Shown here piece by piece: positions 38,653-52,599 of a stretch of 64,000 nucleotides of DNA (position 1 is the stretch's first letter; every line of letters begins with the position of its first letter). The stretch is from contig NMRA01000029.1 of NCBI GenBank assembly GCA_002633005.1, positions 964,086 through 1,028,085 of the forward strand. The letters run 5' to 3'. The notes beneath the pieces are model-generated. The model worked only from the letters and a program-made list of their open reading frames with translations, did not search any database and was not told the origin of the DNA. Both the position numbers and the translations under genes were made by a program. Origin of the DNA: Phoronis australis. Taxonomy: Eukaryota > Animalia > Phoronida.

Positions 38653-39311
38653 TTTTATGCGCCCACCTATTTATACGTGGTCGCATATTGCCATCATCTC
38701 TGTCTGGGCATCTGGGCATCCGCAGCTGTATCTCCTAAATCCCTCACAGGATCTTGATGAGATTTGGTGTTCCTATGATGCTGACGACAGATGACTATGA
38801 ACTTCGAGTACCGATGTGCCCCCTAGTGGCAATTTTAGCTTTTTACGCTTACCTCTGTATCTTCGGAGGTCCTCAACGGATTTTCATAAAATTTGGCAGT
38901 TTGGCATCTATTAGTGAGATGTTGCCATCCTCCCGTTTTCGGACGTATTCGTGGTACTTTGCGCCACCTGGTGGCCATTTTATCAACGTTTGTGGAAATT
39001 AGGATCTATGTTCCTAATGTGAAGAGGAATTCTGACGATGATATTCTGATGACTTCATCTACTGTGGCGCCTCATAGTGGCAGTTGTTTTTTTGCTCCTA
39101 TAGCTTCCTATTGACAATTTCATTTTTTTTTCCTTGGTTTCTCAGAAGTTCCTTGATGGATTTTTATGAAATTTGGTAAATAGCTTTGATGACTCATACC
39201 AGTTTTCAGATGGAATCAATGTATTTTGCATCATCTAGTGGCCATTTTTATGTTCCAAATAAACACCTCTAGAAGCACACCATTTGCGGTGCATTCGTGA
39301 GCGCTCTTGTT
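38653..39311 (-). repeat. Same HINE-like repeat, reverse orientation
   Basis: ttttatgcgccc at the left end and gcgctcttgtt at the right end match the reverse complement of 9950-10520. Confidence 0.7.
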
Positions 39312-40584
39312 ATTGCTTTTTCACGAGGTTCATGTTACGGAATGCAGCCCTAATCTTGGTGATGTTAGTCTTAGCTAGTTATGGTTAAATCTCATCTATT
39401 TAGGACACAATATGGTGGACAAGTTATTTTATTTTCTCATTTTTTCTAACAAAAGATTTGTAGCACCAAATTAATACTTTTTCCATCATGTTAAGTTCTG
39501 TTACAACTACTGCTAGACAATAAGAAATGAAAAAGGTTAATTTTTTGCATTATTTTTGTCCAAACTTCGTGAGATTTTACCGTATGTATTCAGGACTGGC
39601 GATCATAACGCAAAGTAGTGGTGACTTGTGAGTGCATGCTGACATGAGGAACACAATTTCTCAACTTGCTGCTTGTAAAAATCTTGCTTCAAGTGGCTTA
39701 CGCTTCAACCAGTTATTGCTATAACAGTGGCTTATCTCTTACTCAGATAAGTGGGTTCTGAGATTGGAAGGATTCGACATTTCATTATTATGTGAGACCG
39801 TGCTTGGTGTTAAGTGACCAGCCATGATAAGCCTATAATGAACCGTTAGTTTTTCCAAACCCAGAAATCAACTTCTAACGTCAAGTGAGAAATACGTGGA
39901 ATCAAATTTCATAACTGCAAATGGTCTATTGAATAAGCATTTCTGAAGGAAAGCAGGTATTAAGTTTTCAAGCTCACATTGAGTGAGATGAATCTCTTTA
40001 ACTTAATTAAAAAGCATAGCATGAGGCGAACTCCTTCACCACATTTGGCAGTAAGTGTTAGCAGAGGGCTCCTATAACCAGTCACTATTTTACACTGATG
40101 CTCTCATGATGTACTCAGCAGTACTGCTTCATAAACAGAGTTGTGCTCCACATCAGTTAAATAATTGAAAGTAACCACCTTTTCAATCACTGAAGTTCCA
40201 TCTTTTTGGCAAAGCATCTGCAGTCAGTTGTTGTCTCAAATTCACTGATGCTCTTGTCAGCTAAGACAATCTGATAATGTGGAAAAAGGTGCCGAGTGAA
40301 TCTGTGAAAATATATGTATCACCATGTTTTTGTCAGTGGCATTGGTTCTCAAATTCTGTATTTCTCAAAGATCCTTTAAGCTTCTGTTGCACAGGGTCGT
40401 TCACATTGTATGGATGGTGTAGGAAGTGCACTGAATGGGCGTTTACTCACCTGGGGGGTTGCTGATGTTTTTTTGTACCAAGTTTGGTCATTCCTAGGCT
40501 AACAATTGTTATTCCATTATACAGAAAACCTCAACAATTTGGGATACAATATATATGTGTATATGTATTATGCTTAATTTAATA

Positions 40585-40960
40585 TATATAGATTATTGCA
40601 TGGCAAAGTCTTAATCCCCCTTATCTAGAGCCCTAGAGCTCTAGATAAGGGGGATAACGACTGAGAACATGTAATAATCTATATAAACCACATACTGAAC
40701 AAGAAACATTACAATGAATCGATCTACCTTTCTTGACTCGCCTCGGCTTTGTAACAACTTTCTATGTCAGAGGCCCGGGGTCGGAGGTCGTGACCTTTTA
40801 AAAAAAAGCCGAGCTATTTGTGTCAATAATGCTTATACTCAAAATCAATTGAAAATTTAAACAAAATAGGAATAAAGTGAATCTATAAATTAAGGTTTAG
40901 CAACTATTATAGCTTACTACACATTTTATCGCGCCAAGCTTTCACCGGGAAAATATTGTA
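40585..40960 (+). mobile_element. Second copy of the hairpin-ended element
   Basis: About 45-bp-arm hairpin at 40585-40685 (cccccttatctagagc/gctctagataaggggg), followed by sequence shared with 23190-23445. Confidence 0.65.
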
Positions 40961-42630
40961 TGGTACAGACATGTTACAGTCAATTCTAGTTAACTGTAAT
41001 GGATTATAGTTCAAGAACTGCCACAATGTGCGCTGGCACCTAACATTTCTGGGGTGCCTTCCTTAGTGCAAAATATTTGCGAGAATTATGGAGCCAGAAA
41101 TCTTTGGTGAACTTCCATTGTTCAACATTCCACTCTTGCTTGGCTATCAGTGTCTAGCCATTTACTAGAAAGTACACTCAAAGAAGGTTGCCTGGTTACT
41201 TGCCAAACATGGATTTCATTTGCTTGAACTTGCGGGTTTAACTTCTCTTGCAAGAAACTAGCCTTGCGTAATCCACTTGGAATCTTGTTCATTGTTCCGT
41301 TTAAAGCAGTGATACCACCAAGTCATCGTACACTGTCTTGTATTTGGGTCTTTTGAGTGGTGGTAAAGAATTTACATTTTACATTTCAGGTGACACAGAT
41401 TATTTCTACTTTAGCGACTCCGCTGCAAGTGATTCCTGAGAGCTGATGCTGTAGATAGACCAGATATATTTAAATTCGGACCTGGAAAAAATGTTGAATT
41501 GTTCTACATAAATGTTTATTTGTTATTGTTGATCTTAGTTATATAGCTACAGTGTATCATTGATGAGCAAACTAAAAACATGTAGAGTTATTGATTAGTT
41601 TGTTATATTTCTAGTTTGATATTGATTTTTTTACCTCAGCGCTGTGCATGTACATTACCTTAAATGCTTATATTTATATTTATTGCATTCTTAAAAATCA
41701 AGTCACAGTCTTTATTAAGAATTTCAAAATTATTTTGTAGCAATTATGATGTTGACTTCGTAAAAACATTAGAAGTTACTGGCATCTTTTGCAGTGGGGG
41801 ATACCTTGTCATGTAGTGCCTAAACCTTATGATTCAGCGAGTGATTACTTGAAGGCTGGCTTCCACAGCTGAAATACCCAGTGATTCAATAGAAGGACAA
41901 CAGATTTTATTTTACAGAAAGTCTTGCAATGTAGTTTTTACACCTAAGGCCAACTATTTTAAAGGTGCTGCTTAACCCAATTTCGGTCAAGTAAATGGAA
42001 CATTACCATGTCTTCATAGCGAATTTCATTTAATTGTAAAATTAATTTGCCAAAGAAAATACCGTAGTTCTTCTCTTATTTCGCACAAAAAAGCAAAAAT
42101 ATTTTCCGTGAGACAAGAGCGCAAAATAAACTGAATATACTGTCTTCACAGTTACCGTGGCGATAGCAAACAGGCATCAGTAATTTCCCAGCACATTTAT
42201 GACAGCATGAAATCTCCGATGTAAGCAGACAGGTGAATTTTCAGACTTTAGTGACCCAGGCTTGAAATACCAAGACTGGGCTTAGTGTTCACATTTTCTG
42301 AGCCAAAAATTCCTGCCAAGTAGCCTCGTATGAAAGCTTTCCAAATAATTTGCGAGTGTGCTGTGGGGAATTATCGTAATTCCGCTGGGTCTATAGTTGC
42401 TAGCTATCTTGTGTTCTGTCCTTCATTCTCTTATGATTTGTATGCTCTGTGGCTAGCAGATAAGTGTACCAGTTTGTCAGTGGGATGTCTGAATCCTGAG
42501 TATTGTAAAAAGGAAATAGAACGTTTCATAGTGTATTTCTGTTAGAAAAACTTGTTTGTATTCAAAAAAGATTTGTGTTAGGTCCACACTGCTGTGTATC
42601 TTGTTTTGGTTTGATTTGACTATTTATAAC

Positions 42631-42693
42631 TTGTTTTGTGTTTCGACTGTTTTGTGTTTTGACTGTTTTGTACTATAGACTGTTTTGTACTTC
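42631..42693. repeat. Short minisatellite (gactgttttgt..., about 16-bp unit x4)
   Basis: Read directly from the sequence. Confidence 0.7.
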
Positions 42694-45600
42694 ATATTTT
42701 AACTACAACTGTGTGAAATGTTTTCTATAAAATGATTGAAGAAATAACCACAAGCTCAAGTATTCAACAAAATTCATTAAAATATTTACAGTATATTCAA
42801 GTTACAGAGCTTTGAGCTTCTACTGGCATGTTATGCAGTCTTGATATTACAGGAAACAAATGTGCTAATAAAAGCCACTCTAAAAAAATACTCTTAATTC
42901 TCAAGCAACAGAAAGTTGAATAAAAATAATGCTGAAAATGTGCATTATGTACAGTGTTTCAAGTAAAACGCAAACATCATCTCAAAGAATTTGTAGACAA
43001 CCACCAGACATACTTTATATTTTTAATAAAATCTGGAAGTATAGAAAAAAATTGCGCAAGTCTGATATGCACAAGACAAATTTACATGGGCCTGGAACGG
43101 TTGTTTGAGTTCAACAATTGAGCCCAAATCGGATATCACCTAGCTGATAAAATTTCAATTCACTGAACTGTTTTGAGAAAAAAAATTATTACAACTATAT
43201 TGAAACACTGATTCATAATGTATTTTGGCATTGTTTTTATAGTCATTAACTTCATGACCTACATGAAGAGCTGTGGCGTTGCGCAAGGCAAATTCCTTAC
43301 CATCTTTCCACATAAAATACCATCTTTTAATACACCCACTGGCTGTATAAGAACAATTTTCCTCAGATACATGGAGTTCATATGCGAAAATATGTATAAG
43401 AAATTGACACAAAAACCTGTAACTTAAAGGATACCAAACCTGGTTTTGGCCAATTAACAGATATTACAAACGACTGTACAAAATTTGAAAACTCTTTGAA
43501 GTCTGCAGGTGTAACCTACTCATTTAGTGGATTGCACAGCAACTGTGAGGAAAGACCACCCACTTAGAACCATAATGTGAGTTTTTAATGGTTTCTAGCT
43601 TTTATGTTTCAAGATTGATGCCAATGATGCACTAGCAGGTGACAGAACGAGGATTCGCTGAAGTCCTCAAAACGGGGTTACATATCTTTTTTAGTAAAAA
43701 TTCCAACTTGTGGTAAAATTCATAGGTCAACCTGTTGCGTATTAACTCTTGGTTTCAATTTGCTGCTGGCTAAAGAATTGTATAGTTGTCACTTCCAAAT
43801 ATAGGTTGGCTTCGTTTATTTTGGTCCCTAAATTGAAACAAATCAAGGTACTGAGCACATTTGCAGAAAACTGGTAATAATGATAATTATACACTTAAAT
43901 TAACACTCGAATATGCAGAAAAGCAACTCGAGTTGACACCAATATGCCTTACTGTAGCAGCAGTAGCCATAATTGTATATTTCATTCAGCACAACTACAC
44001 TATGTGGTAAGATATCATAATGAATACGTCCAGTACATAATACAATGCCTAAGCAATAGACTTGCCGACTAAAATACCGTAGTGTTAAAGTGACAAAATC
44101 TCAAAGTTCTATACAAAAACAAGTATGCAAAAATATGGACGAAGAAAAAATTGCCTTGCCACTTCAAAGTTTTATTCTTATATATTTTTCATTGCTACAA
44201 CCAGTTAGACAGACACAGAAACAACAATAAGGGATTCTGATGTTGAGTTTACCTTCGCCAGTGTAAATATCAAAATTAAACCAAGCAGTAGTCGGCCATG
44301 GTCTAGCATAGCAAAGATAGAACAATGATTTGCCGGGAAGGACAACTAATGCCTAAACATCCTGCATTCTTCAACTTGACACAAACGCACAAAATCAATT
44401 ACTGTGTTTGAGGCATATATTCGCACATTAGCTCAGAAAAACCAAGCACCATCAGATGGCGCTATAATTATGTGCCATCGGCATAAGCAGATTTACTAAT
44501 TAATTTGCATTGGTGCAACTGTAGGCATGTGGTGTTGCAACGACGGAAAATGCAAGCTCACAAAATAATATATGACTGAGATTAGGTGAAGTGAAAATGT
44601 ACTGCATTTTACTGCGATCTAGTTTGTAAATAAACTATAAAAAATATATGAAATCCTTTCATCTCAAATTTTGTTTTAGAAAAGTGTTTTTATCACAGTT
44701 AATTCCTATTGGCTAAAATGCAGCTGTGATGTCACTGAGCCTGCAGTGCGAAGAAGGCTGTTTTCTTTTGTATTCGTCAGTGGTAGTTTGAGCATTTGTT
44801 TGAAGGTTATGTAAGAACAAATAAAAATGTCAACTTTTGGCCAACTTAGAGCATATATTTCAGAAATGTATTAGATTCACATGGATACTATGCTTTACAA
44901 ACTGTTCTCAAAAATGCTGCTCGGAATTATTTTTCAAAATGTTCCACTTTTGGATGAGGGCTATCAAAGAATGGGACTTATATGATTTTTACAAGAACAT
45001 TTTAGAGTTGTACAAAATGGGAACGAAACAATAATTGTCAGCGTTTTTGATTTTTTTCGTACAAAATTTGGTCACGTTATTGATCCTGTTGTTTCGTTAT
45101 AAATGTATCTTTCACTCACACACGCCTTCAGAGGCTTTTGTTTCAACAAGTCTCAGGGATAACAAAGGAATGCAAGATATCAATAAAGGAATTACCATAA
45201 AAAGAAATGGTAAAATTGCAATTTATAATGGAACTGCAATGTTCGAGCTCAACACATTCCTCACTATAAGTTCATTGGACAGGTGCACATAAAAATGTAT
45301 GAATGTGTTCTAGCAGGAAGAGATAACCAAGAAGAGACAACTGTATATGTGCATTTTAGTGCATTTTCAACTCTAATTTACAATTAAACCGATCGACTTG
45401 CCAACAATCTAAATCTTATACTGAAAAGGTGAAGTCTTTACCTACACATCGACACCAATACGGCATCTGAAAACCACGTATTATTGGTGATAGAAGCATC
45501 TTGAGTATGACACGTCTGACCCTCTCAAAGCACTCATAACTCGGGCATAAGGTATATGATGGTGATTCCAATCAGTGCCACTGGAAGCCGCTAAGCTATA

Positions 45601-45825
45601 AAACCCGTGACCCCATTAGCATCGGCCTGTGACTGGCCAAACTTTTCCTTGACGATATCTCAATCTGGAATCAGCGCCACCTGTGCATGAAGTTCCCTTT
45701 TATCAGGATACTAAACCGCAACAGATAAGTCGTGAGATTAGAAAAACGGGACAGCCTGGAGTCAACTGGGGAATCCCTCAGCAATGCATTTAAAAACAGA
45801 AACATGATAATGGAAGGGAGTGAGC

Positions 45826-46470
45826 TGTGATGTTATATGGTCTGTAAGGTGCTGCCACCTATGGGTACCTCAGGAGATTGAGGACTCCAACATGGTGCAG
45901 CCCATACTGTGTTTGTAAAAGAATACAAGTTTTCAGTATAAACAACCTATTATTTGAACATTACACTCCCGATGAGGATGGGATCCGTACCCACGCGGGG
46001 AAACCCCAAATGGATAAGCATGGAAACAAGGATTGTATAGATTCCTACGTAGTTATCGTGCAACCCCTCACTCAAGCACATGTAAACCAACAGCGCAATT
46101 GTTGTTTGGAAGGGAATTTTCAATTAAATTCACAAACGTTGAATCGTACCAGCGTGGTACACGTGTTAAATTGAAGGATGCAAAATCAAAAGGGGTTATG
46201 ATAAGAAATTGCTCGGATAAGTGTAGGTGATAGTGTGCTTTTGAAGCAACAGCAGACTAATAAGCTGTCTACACCATATGAAAATAGTTCATACAAGGTG
46301 ATTGAAGTCAAGGGATCTATGACCACAGCCCAAAGGAACACTGATGGGATAATGGTGACATGAAACTCGTCGCAGTTCAAACCAAAAAAAGCGCGAAACT
46401 TTGCGGGAGACACAAAATTAACCGATGATGAACTCTTTGATATTCTGTGGGAGAGTCCTGCAAATATCAA
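45826..46470 (+). mobile_element. Gypsy LTR retrotransposon remnant (LTR, degenerate PBS, integrase C-terminus)
   Basis: TG...CA 140-bp LTR-like segment 45826-45965, then cgatgaggatggg. FLRSYRATPHSST..AQLLFGR and VGDSVLLKQ..NKLSTPY..YKVIEVKGSM motifs. Confidence 0.8.
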
Positions 46471-46719
46471 CAAAGTGATGCAGTGTCTCTACTATGTTTT
46501 AAGTGTTTACACTGTTTACTAGTTTAAGCATCATAGCTGGAATCCAAAAATTTTGTTCTGAGAATTGTTTTTGGAACTATGAGTAGCATTTGGAGAACGT
46601 TTGTGGGTTCTATGTTTGATCTTGAACTCGCCCACCTTTATTCTATCCAGTATAAGTATTCTGTTAGGTAATCAACAAGGCATAATTTTCTTAAAGAAAG
46701 GCAACCAGCTTGCTACAGA

Positions 46720-47260
46720 GATATCACAAATACAAGAAATTCCATAGACTGAATTTCAATCCGATACATCATATCTAGAAATCAACGGATTGCATTCGTA
46801 CCAACATATCTGATGTTCCACGGACTGATTGTTCAGAGGCATTTCATCGAATAAAGACTGCTTGGAACACTGGATCGCATGACCAAGAGAAAGGAAACTC
46901 GTCACAGACAACAAATGTAACACTAGATCCAAGGATGACACACCCAACGCGTACATATATGAATGAGGGTAACAGATTATTGTCCCATGATAGAGATTAT
47001 TTATTAAAGTCAAGTAATAAACTTTCAAGAGACTTGGTTTGTTTTTTATGTTCAGGGAAGGGACATCATGCCAAGGATTCCAAATTAAAAGCAAAGGCCA
47101 AGGCTGAAGCCATCTCTGTAGTTGGTTAGTAAAAATTCGCTGAAGGAAACACAGAATTCTCCAATCATGTTGAAATTCAAAGAATGGACGAATCTCCAGA
47201 TTTGTTTGTCAAAACCGGCACTGTTAACGGACAAACCGCGTCAGTAGATCTTCTCTGGTA
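46720..47260 (+). mobile_element. Gypsy gag-protease remnant
   Basis: Degenerate zinc knuckle CFLCSGKGHHAKD(S) followed by GTVNGQ (start of a retropepsin-like domain). Confidence 0.55.
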
Positions 47261-48381
47261 ATACTAGAATAAAATTAATTAAGCAAACTGGTTCCTATAC
47301 ACCAGCAGATATGACTAAACATGTGGCACCTCTTGCGTCCGTTAATGTAAATTAGCCACTCTATTGCTGTAAAATTCTCACATCTCTAACCCTCCCATCA
47401 CCCCCTCTGCTTACACCCCTTACACTCCCGTCACCCCCCAATCACATCTTTAACCCTCCTATCACCCCCTCCACTATCTATCATCACCCTTCTGTCCCTC
47501 CCTCAACTTGCATCCATAATCCTCATAACCCTAACCTTCCAATGTCACTGCTTAACCATTAATTAGCTGACCCAACTCCCCCACATCTTATTCCCATCCG
47601 TATCACTCATCCTGCCCTATACCCAACCCACCAACGTCATTTAGAGCGATGATGGGCCAACTCAAAGAATCATTGCAAGGACAATTAGGTTTCAGTACTT
47701 TTGCCTAATGCTCAAGAGTTTCAGTATTTCAATTCTCTGGAGATAGAAATGTGACATTGATAGTGGAGAAAAACACTTTATTCTAAACACGCAACTAATA
47801 TTTTCTATTTTCCATAACAGTGACAAGTGACCAAAGTGCTTACCAGTAAGTCAAGGTAGTAAAAAATCAAGGGTGGACATTAAACCCATTTGGCCGAACA
47901 TGGATGTCAACCACAACAACTACAGTGTATGATTTATAAAAGACATTTCAGAATAAGATATTTATATTTTAGACTCTTGTTCTGCAGGAACGAGTGACAG
48001 GAAAACGGTATTCAACGACGAAGAATAATATCTCCTAAAGCTAAGAGAACGCTAAATAAGTCCAATTACGTAAGTTTTTGGTTCCTATTCAGTATTTTGT
48101 TGTATTCTCATAATATTCTGACTGGAACCATAATTGTCTCATACATTTCACAAAAGTGTTTTAAACTTGCAGTGTCTGACTTTCACTGATCACTTACTTA
48201 AAAATATTGATCTTCACAACAAATTCTTCAGAACTTATTTAAAATTTTAGCTAATTTGCTACTTTCACAGAAATAAAATATAAATTCGTCCTACTTGTGA
48301 ACACTTTTATCAATTTCTACAAGCGTTTCCTCCTTTCAAGTAGTATTGTGAAGCACTGAAAAAGGGCAACAACCAATACAT

Positions 48382-50281
48382 TTGCTTTTTTATGAATTAC
48401 AAAAACAAAACTACAAATATAATATTACTAAGTCCGAAAAAGATGCCCTTACAAATCTCACTAAAAACAAAGAAATCATAATTAAACCAGCTGATAAAGG
48501 ATCAGCAGTTGTTATAATGGACAAGCAGAAATATATTGACGAGGCTCTCCGACAACTTAATGACACAGCATACTACAAATTTTTGGGTAATAACCCCAAC
48601 ACAAAACATATCAGTCTTATAACTAAAACTATTTTGAATGCTTTCCATTTAGGTCACATTGACAAAGACACCAAAAACTACCTCATTCATAATGATGCTC
48701 AACCAAGTCGCTTTTATCTCCTTCCAAAAATCCACAAAGAAGGTAATCCTGGATGCCCAATTATAGCCAGCAACAACTGCCCTACAGAAAAAATTTCTCA
48801 GTTTGCCGACTACCATCTTCAGCAATTTGTCCCCACTCTTCCTTCATATATTAAAGATATGAATCATTTTCTTAATATAATTAAAAACATCAGTGATTTA
48901 CCTAAAAATGCCCTTCTTGTAACTCTTGATGTTAAAAGCTTATACACAAATATTCCTCAACATGAAGGCATAGAAGCCTGTACCAAGTTTCGTAGTCAAC
49001 GTAATAATCCTAATGTACCTACATCATTTATTCGCTCTCTTCTTGAACATGTACTTACCATGAATCATTTTACCTTTAATAATAATCACCATCTCCAAAT
49101 ATTAGGCACAGCTATGGGGACTAGGGTTGCTCCTACTTTTGCCAACCTTTTTATGGGAAATCTTGAAAACAGCTTCACCAAATCCTGCTCCAAAAAACTC
49201 CTTCTCTGGCTAAGATACATTGATGACATTTTTATGATGTGGATCCATGGCCCACAAAAATTAGATGTATTTTTAGAAAATATTAACAAATTTCACCCTA
49301 CTATAAAGTTCACTCATGACATTTCCCAAAATAAAGTCTCACTTCTATATGTAACAGTCATCCTTAATAATGAAAAACTAGAAACTGACTTATTCTGTAA
49401 AGAAACTGACAAACACCAGTATCTGTCATATCACTCGTATCATCCCTTTCATTGCAAGAAAAGCCTTCCATATAGCCTTGCCCTAAGAATTCGACGCATT
49501 TGTTCAGAAGAAACTTCCTTTAATAACCGTTTAAAAGAATTAAAGTACTATTTAATTCAACGTCATTCCCCCTTACATCTTATACACAAACAGTTTGACA
49601 AAGTCCGTTCAATTACACGAAACGAATCTTTAAGAGCTAAAACTAAAGGCAATACTACTAATAGAATACCATTCATAACTATGTTCAATCCATGTTTAAA
49701 CAGAATTAGCCACGTCTTCAGAAAACATCTTTCCACGCTGTATATTTCCCCTCAAATGAAAAACCTATTTCCTCATCCACCTATAATTTCTTGGAGAAAA
49801 TGTAAAAATCTAATTGTTAAAGCTAATATCGACAATATACACCAAACTGACAAACCTATCTGCAACACACAATGTAACAAAACTAGGTGTAAAATGTGTA
49901 ACTTTATCAACGATAGCACTTTTTTTCAGTCTTCCCAAACCAATGAAAACTTTGAAATAAAACATTATTCTGATTGCACCACCAACAATATTATTTACCT
50001 TATAACTTGTAAAAAATGTTCTATCCAATATGTAGGACAAACTCAACATAATCTACAAACTCGGTTTCGTAATCATAGATTGAACATAATACATAAAAAC
50101 ATTTCTGATACTATAGGTAATCATTTCAATTCCAAAAACCATAATATTCAAGATCTTTCTGTACAAATAATAGAAAAACTCAAAACACCCCAGTACCCCT
50201 CACAGACTCAAAAGAGAACAGTATTGGATAGACAAGCTCAATACAATAGAACCTCATGGATTGAACATAAAAACTTCTTAA
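48382..50281 (+). mobile_element. Penelope-like retroelement (Neptune-type) RT plus GIY-YIG endonuclease, 5' truncated, one frameshift near the end
   Basis: IIKPADKGSAVV, FYLLPKIHK, TLDVKSLYTNIP, GTAMGTRVAP, RYIDD; Cys-rich linker CNKTRCKMC; IYLITCKKCSIQYVGQT..RFRNH. The C-terminus HRLKREQYWIDKLNTIEPHGLN lies in the +1 frame from about 50190, with its stop at 50279-50281. Confidence 0.95.
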
Positions 50282-51369
50282 AATATGTCATTGAATTTTT
50301 TACTCAAAAATGTATCATATTCATTACACCATATCTTATATGTCAATTGTCATATAGTGTTTTATTTTACTTTATTTCTGTTTTTGTTGACAGAGGAAGT
50401 TATTACATCCGAAAATTTCCAATTTCAGTTGATCCATTTTTGTTGTTTTATTTACAGATTTATATTCTTTTTTTAAACAAATATAACAACCCTTTACTCT
50501 CTATTGTTTTATCGTTTTACAGCAGACTGCTGATAATTCGGAATCGGTTAAGCCAGATTTTCACTTATATTGGATGTATTCCTATGAAAGCGTGAGCATT
50601 TACTCCTTAGTGGTAAGTCAAATTACAGCATCGGATAAAGTTGTGCAGTCCAATCAAATTTGCCTTTATTGATTTTAAGTCAGCAATGGTAACATTCCTT
50701 TAAAAGAGATGTATGTATATGTTACTTATCCCATTCTGTTTTACTTGACGCTCTGTTTTTATTTGAATCAGTGAGTGTAACAGCTGCTGAACATGTCTCA
50801 GAAGTTCATCACAAGTCAAGGCTTCGCAGCACTGGCTGGAGCATCAAACAGATATTACGTCGGACGTTTTGTTTGAGTAGGCTTGTGAACGTACGGTCGA
50901 GATTCATAAAAGGATTAACTCGAACCAGTGTTCAGTCTATCGTCGCACCGAAAGCTATTAGCACCGGTCTGTAACAATCTGCGCCCACCCACACATGGGG
51001 AAAATGCGACAAACTTCAGGTCATGTGATGTGGCCAACAGGTGGCGTGCAGACCAAACATAAAATGTTTGTGGTAGGTAATTAACAAGTTAAGATACAAA
51101 ACACTTGAAACAATTCCAAAAATCATAACTGGAATGTCACCAAATGACAAGAAAAGACCACTTGCGTATTCCACCTGATCTCAAAAACTACTTTTCGTGT
51201 GCATCATCACAATTAGAATCACTTTAGTATATTAAGAGTTGTTGAACTAGAAAGTGCCATTCATACAAGAGGATTAAGTTTCCCTTCGTTGATCTTGTGA
51301 TATGGCTGCAAAAGAGAAAATTGATATGTTGTCTGTCACAGACACAGAATTAAGCTACTCTTCAACAAC

Positions 51370-51860
51370 AGCAACATAAACTCGAAGACGAAGTTCACCC
51401 AACAGGTGTTCTTGATGCAATTTGGGCTCTTAAGGAGTAAAGTATCAAAATAAGTCGCAAGATGAGATTTCCTTATTATTCGACAACGTTCCATCTCTTC
51501 AACGCTTAACGGTGCCAGAGGTGGTAACTGTAGGCAATGCTCTAAATGTTCTCATCAGCAATCGAAGAAAAGTAACACGTGTCAGTGCCATTGCTGAAAG
51601 ATTAATTACGACTCTCTGGTGACTACACGACCAGTCGGAGAAAGACACCCTCCAAACTCCTCGCAATGGCTACGGAAGTGGTCATGGGAAAAGGTTACCC
51701 AATAGCTGCTTTAAACATTAGTTTTGCAGAGTGGAAATTCTGTGAAATAATCTCAGATTGGAATGCTACACTCCCGTTTGATGATAACATGACAATTGCG
51801 GGTCTAGAAGACTTCTATCCACTGCAGTGGCATTATTGGCCCCAATATACAACCCTTAAG
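51370..51860 (+). pseudogene. Fragment of an unidentified protein, probably transposon-encoded
   Basis: Protein-like text (GYPIAALNISFAEWKF..W....PF....I......WHYWPQY) with frameshifts upstream; resembles uncharacterised repeat-borne invertebrate proteins from memory only. Confidence 0.3.
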
Positions 51861-51879
51861 GTGGGATGTGGGTAGGGAG

Positions 51880-52390
51880 GGTTCTCTCAGTGTTAGTGTG
51901 AGATATGATAATTGAAAGAAATGGGGTAGAACTTCACAAAATGGTATTGTAGCTATTATGGACTACGTGGCTTTGAGCAACTATTGCCAGGCATGCGAAG
52001 TGGAACCAAAGCCAGACAACCCAGAATATATAGACTGGTGGCCAGCTCACCAGGCCAACCATCAGAAAACTGTGGACTGTAGCTCAGCAGCCATGGAGGC
52101 ACAGGCTACTGTGATAATGTTTGGCCGACCCATCGATTTGCATAGCTTTTAGTATTCACCTGTTTTGTGCGATGGGGATCCAAAAACTATGGCCACCTCG
52201 GACAGATCAAACTTGTTCCCTGTAAAAATGGCACAGTACACAAATCACGTCAGCAAGCAAACGACCCTGCACACTCTTTGGTAATCCAATCAGCGGTAAA
52301 GGAAAACTTATGGAAAAAGTCATAAAAAGCTCACAAATTATTATCGTCATGCTGTAAAAGGCAATGCGGGTGAGAACAGCTGTGTCGGCA
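51880..52390 (+). mobile_element. Degenerate Kolobok/'Mutator-like' DDE transposase fragment
   Basis: DYVALSNYCQAC..H....SSAAMEA....MFGR..Y..VLCDGD.K..NHVSK..GKGKL...KLTNYY..AV..N motifs, with stops and frameshifts. Confidence 0.78.
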
Positions 52391-52599
52391 ACACTTTTTC
52401 AATTTTCCATTCAGGTTGTGGGGTGCAGGGATGAAATGGGTACCTGCCCAATATGCTATCTAGTTTCAAATGTTCTGCTACTTATTTTACAATTATACTG
52501 AGTTATCAGTTTGAAATTTTTTCTAAACAAAATACTTTTTTTTAAAGGCGGCTAATATTGACACTAAAAGAAAGCAGGAAAGCAGAGGAAGTAGGCCAA

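Noticed and set aside
50282-50595. Hydrophobic C-terminal extension of the 737-aa ORF (apparent RT-membrane fusion)
   Set aside because: Read-through into a T-rich 3' UTR caused by a frameshift at about 50190; the true endonuclease end is in another frame.
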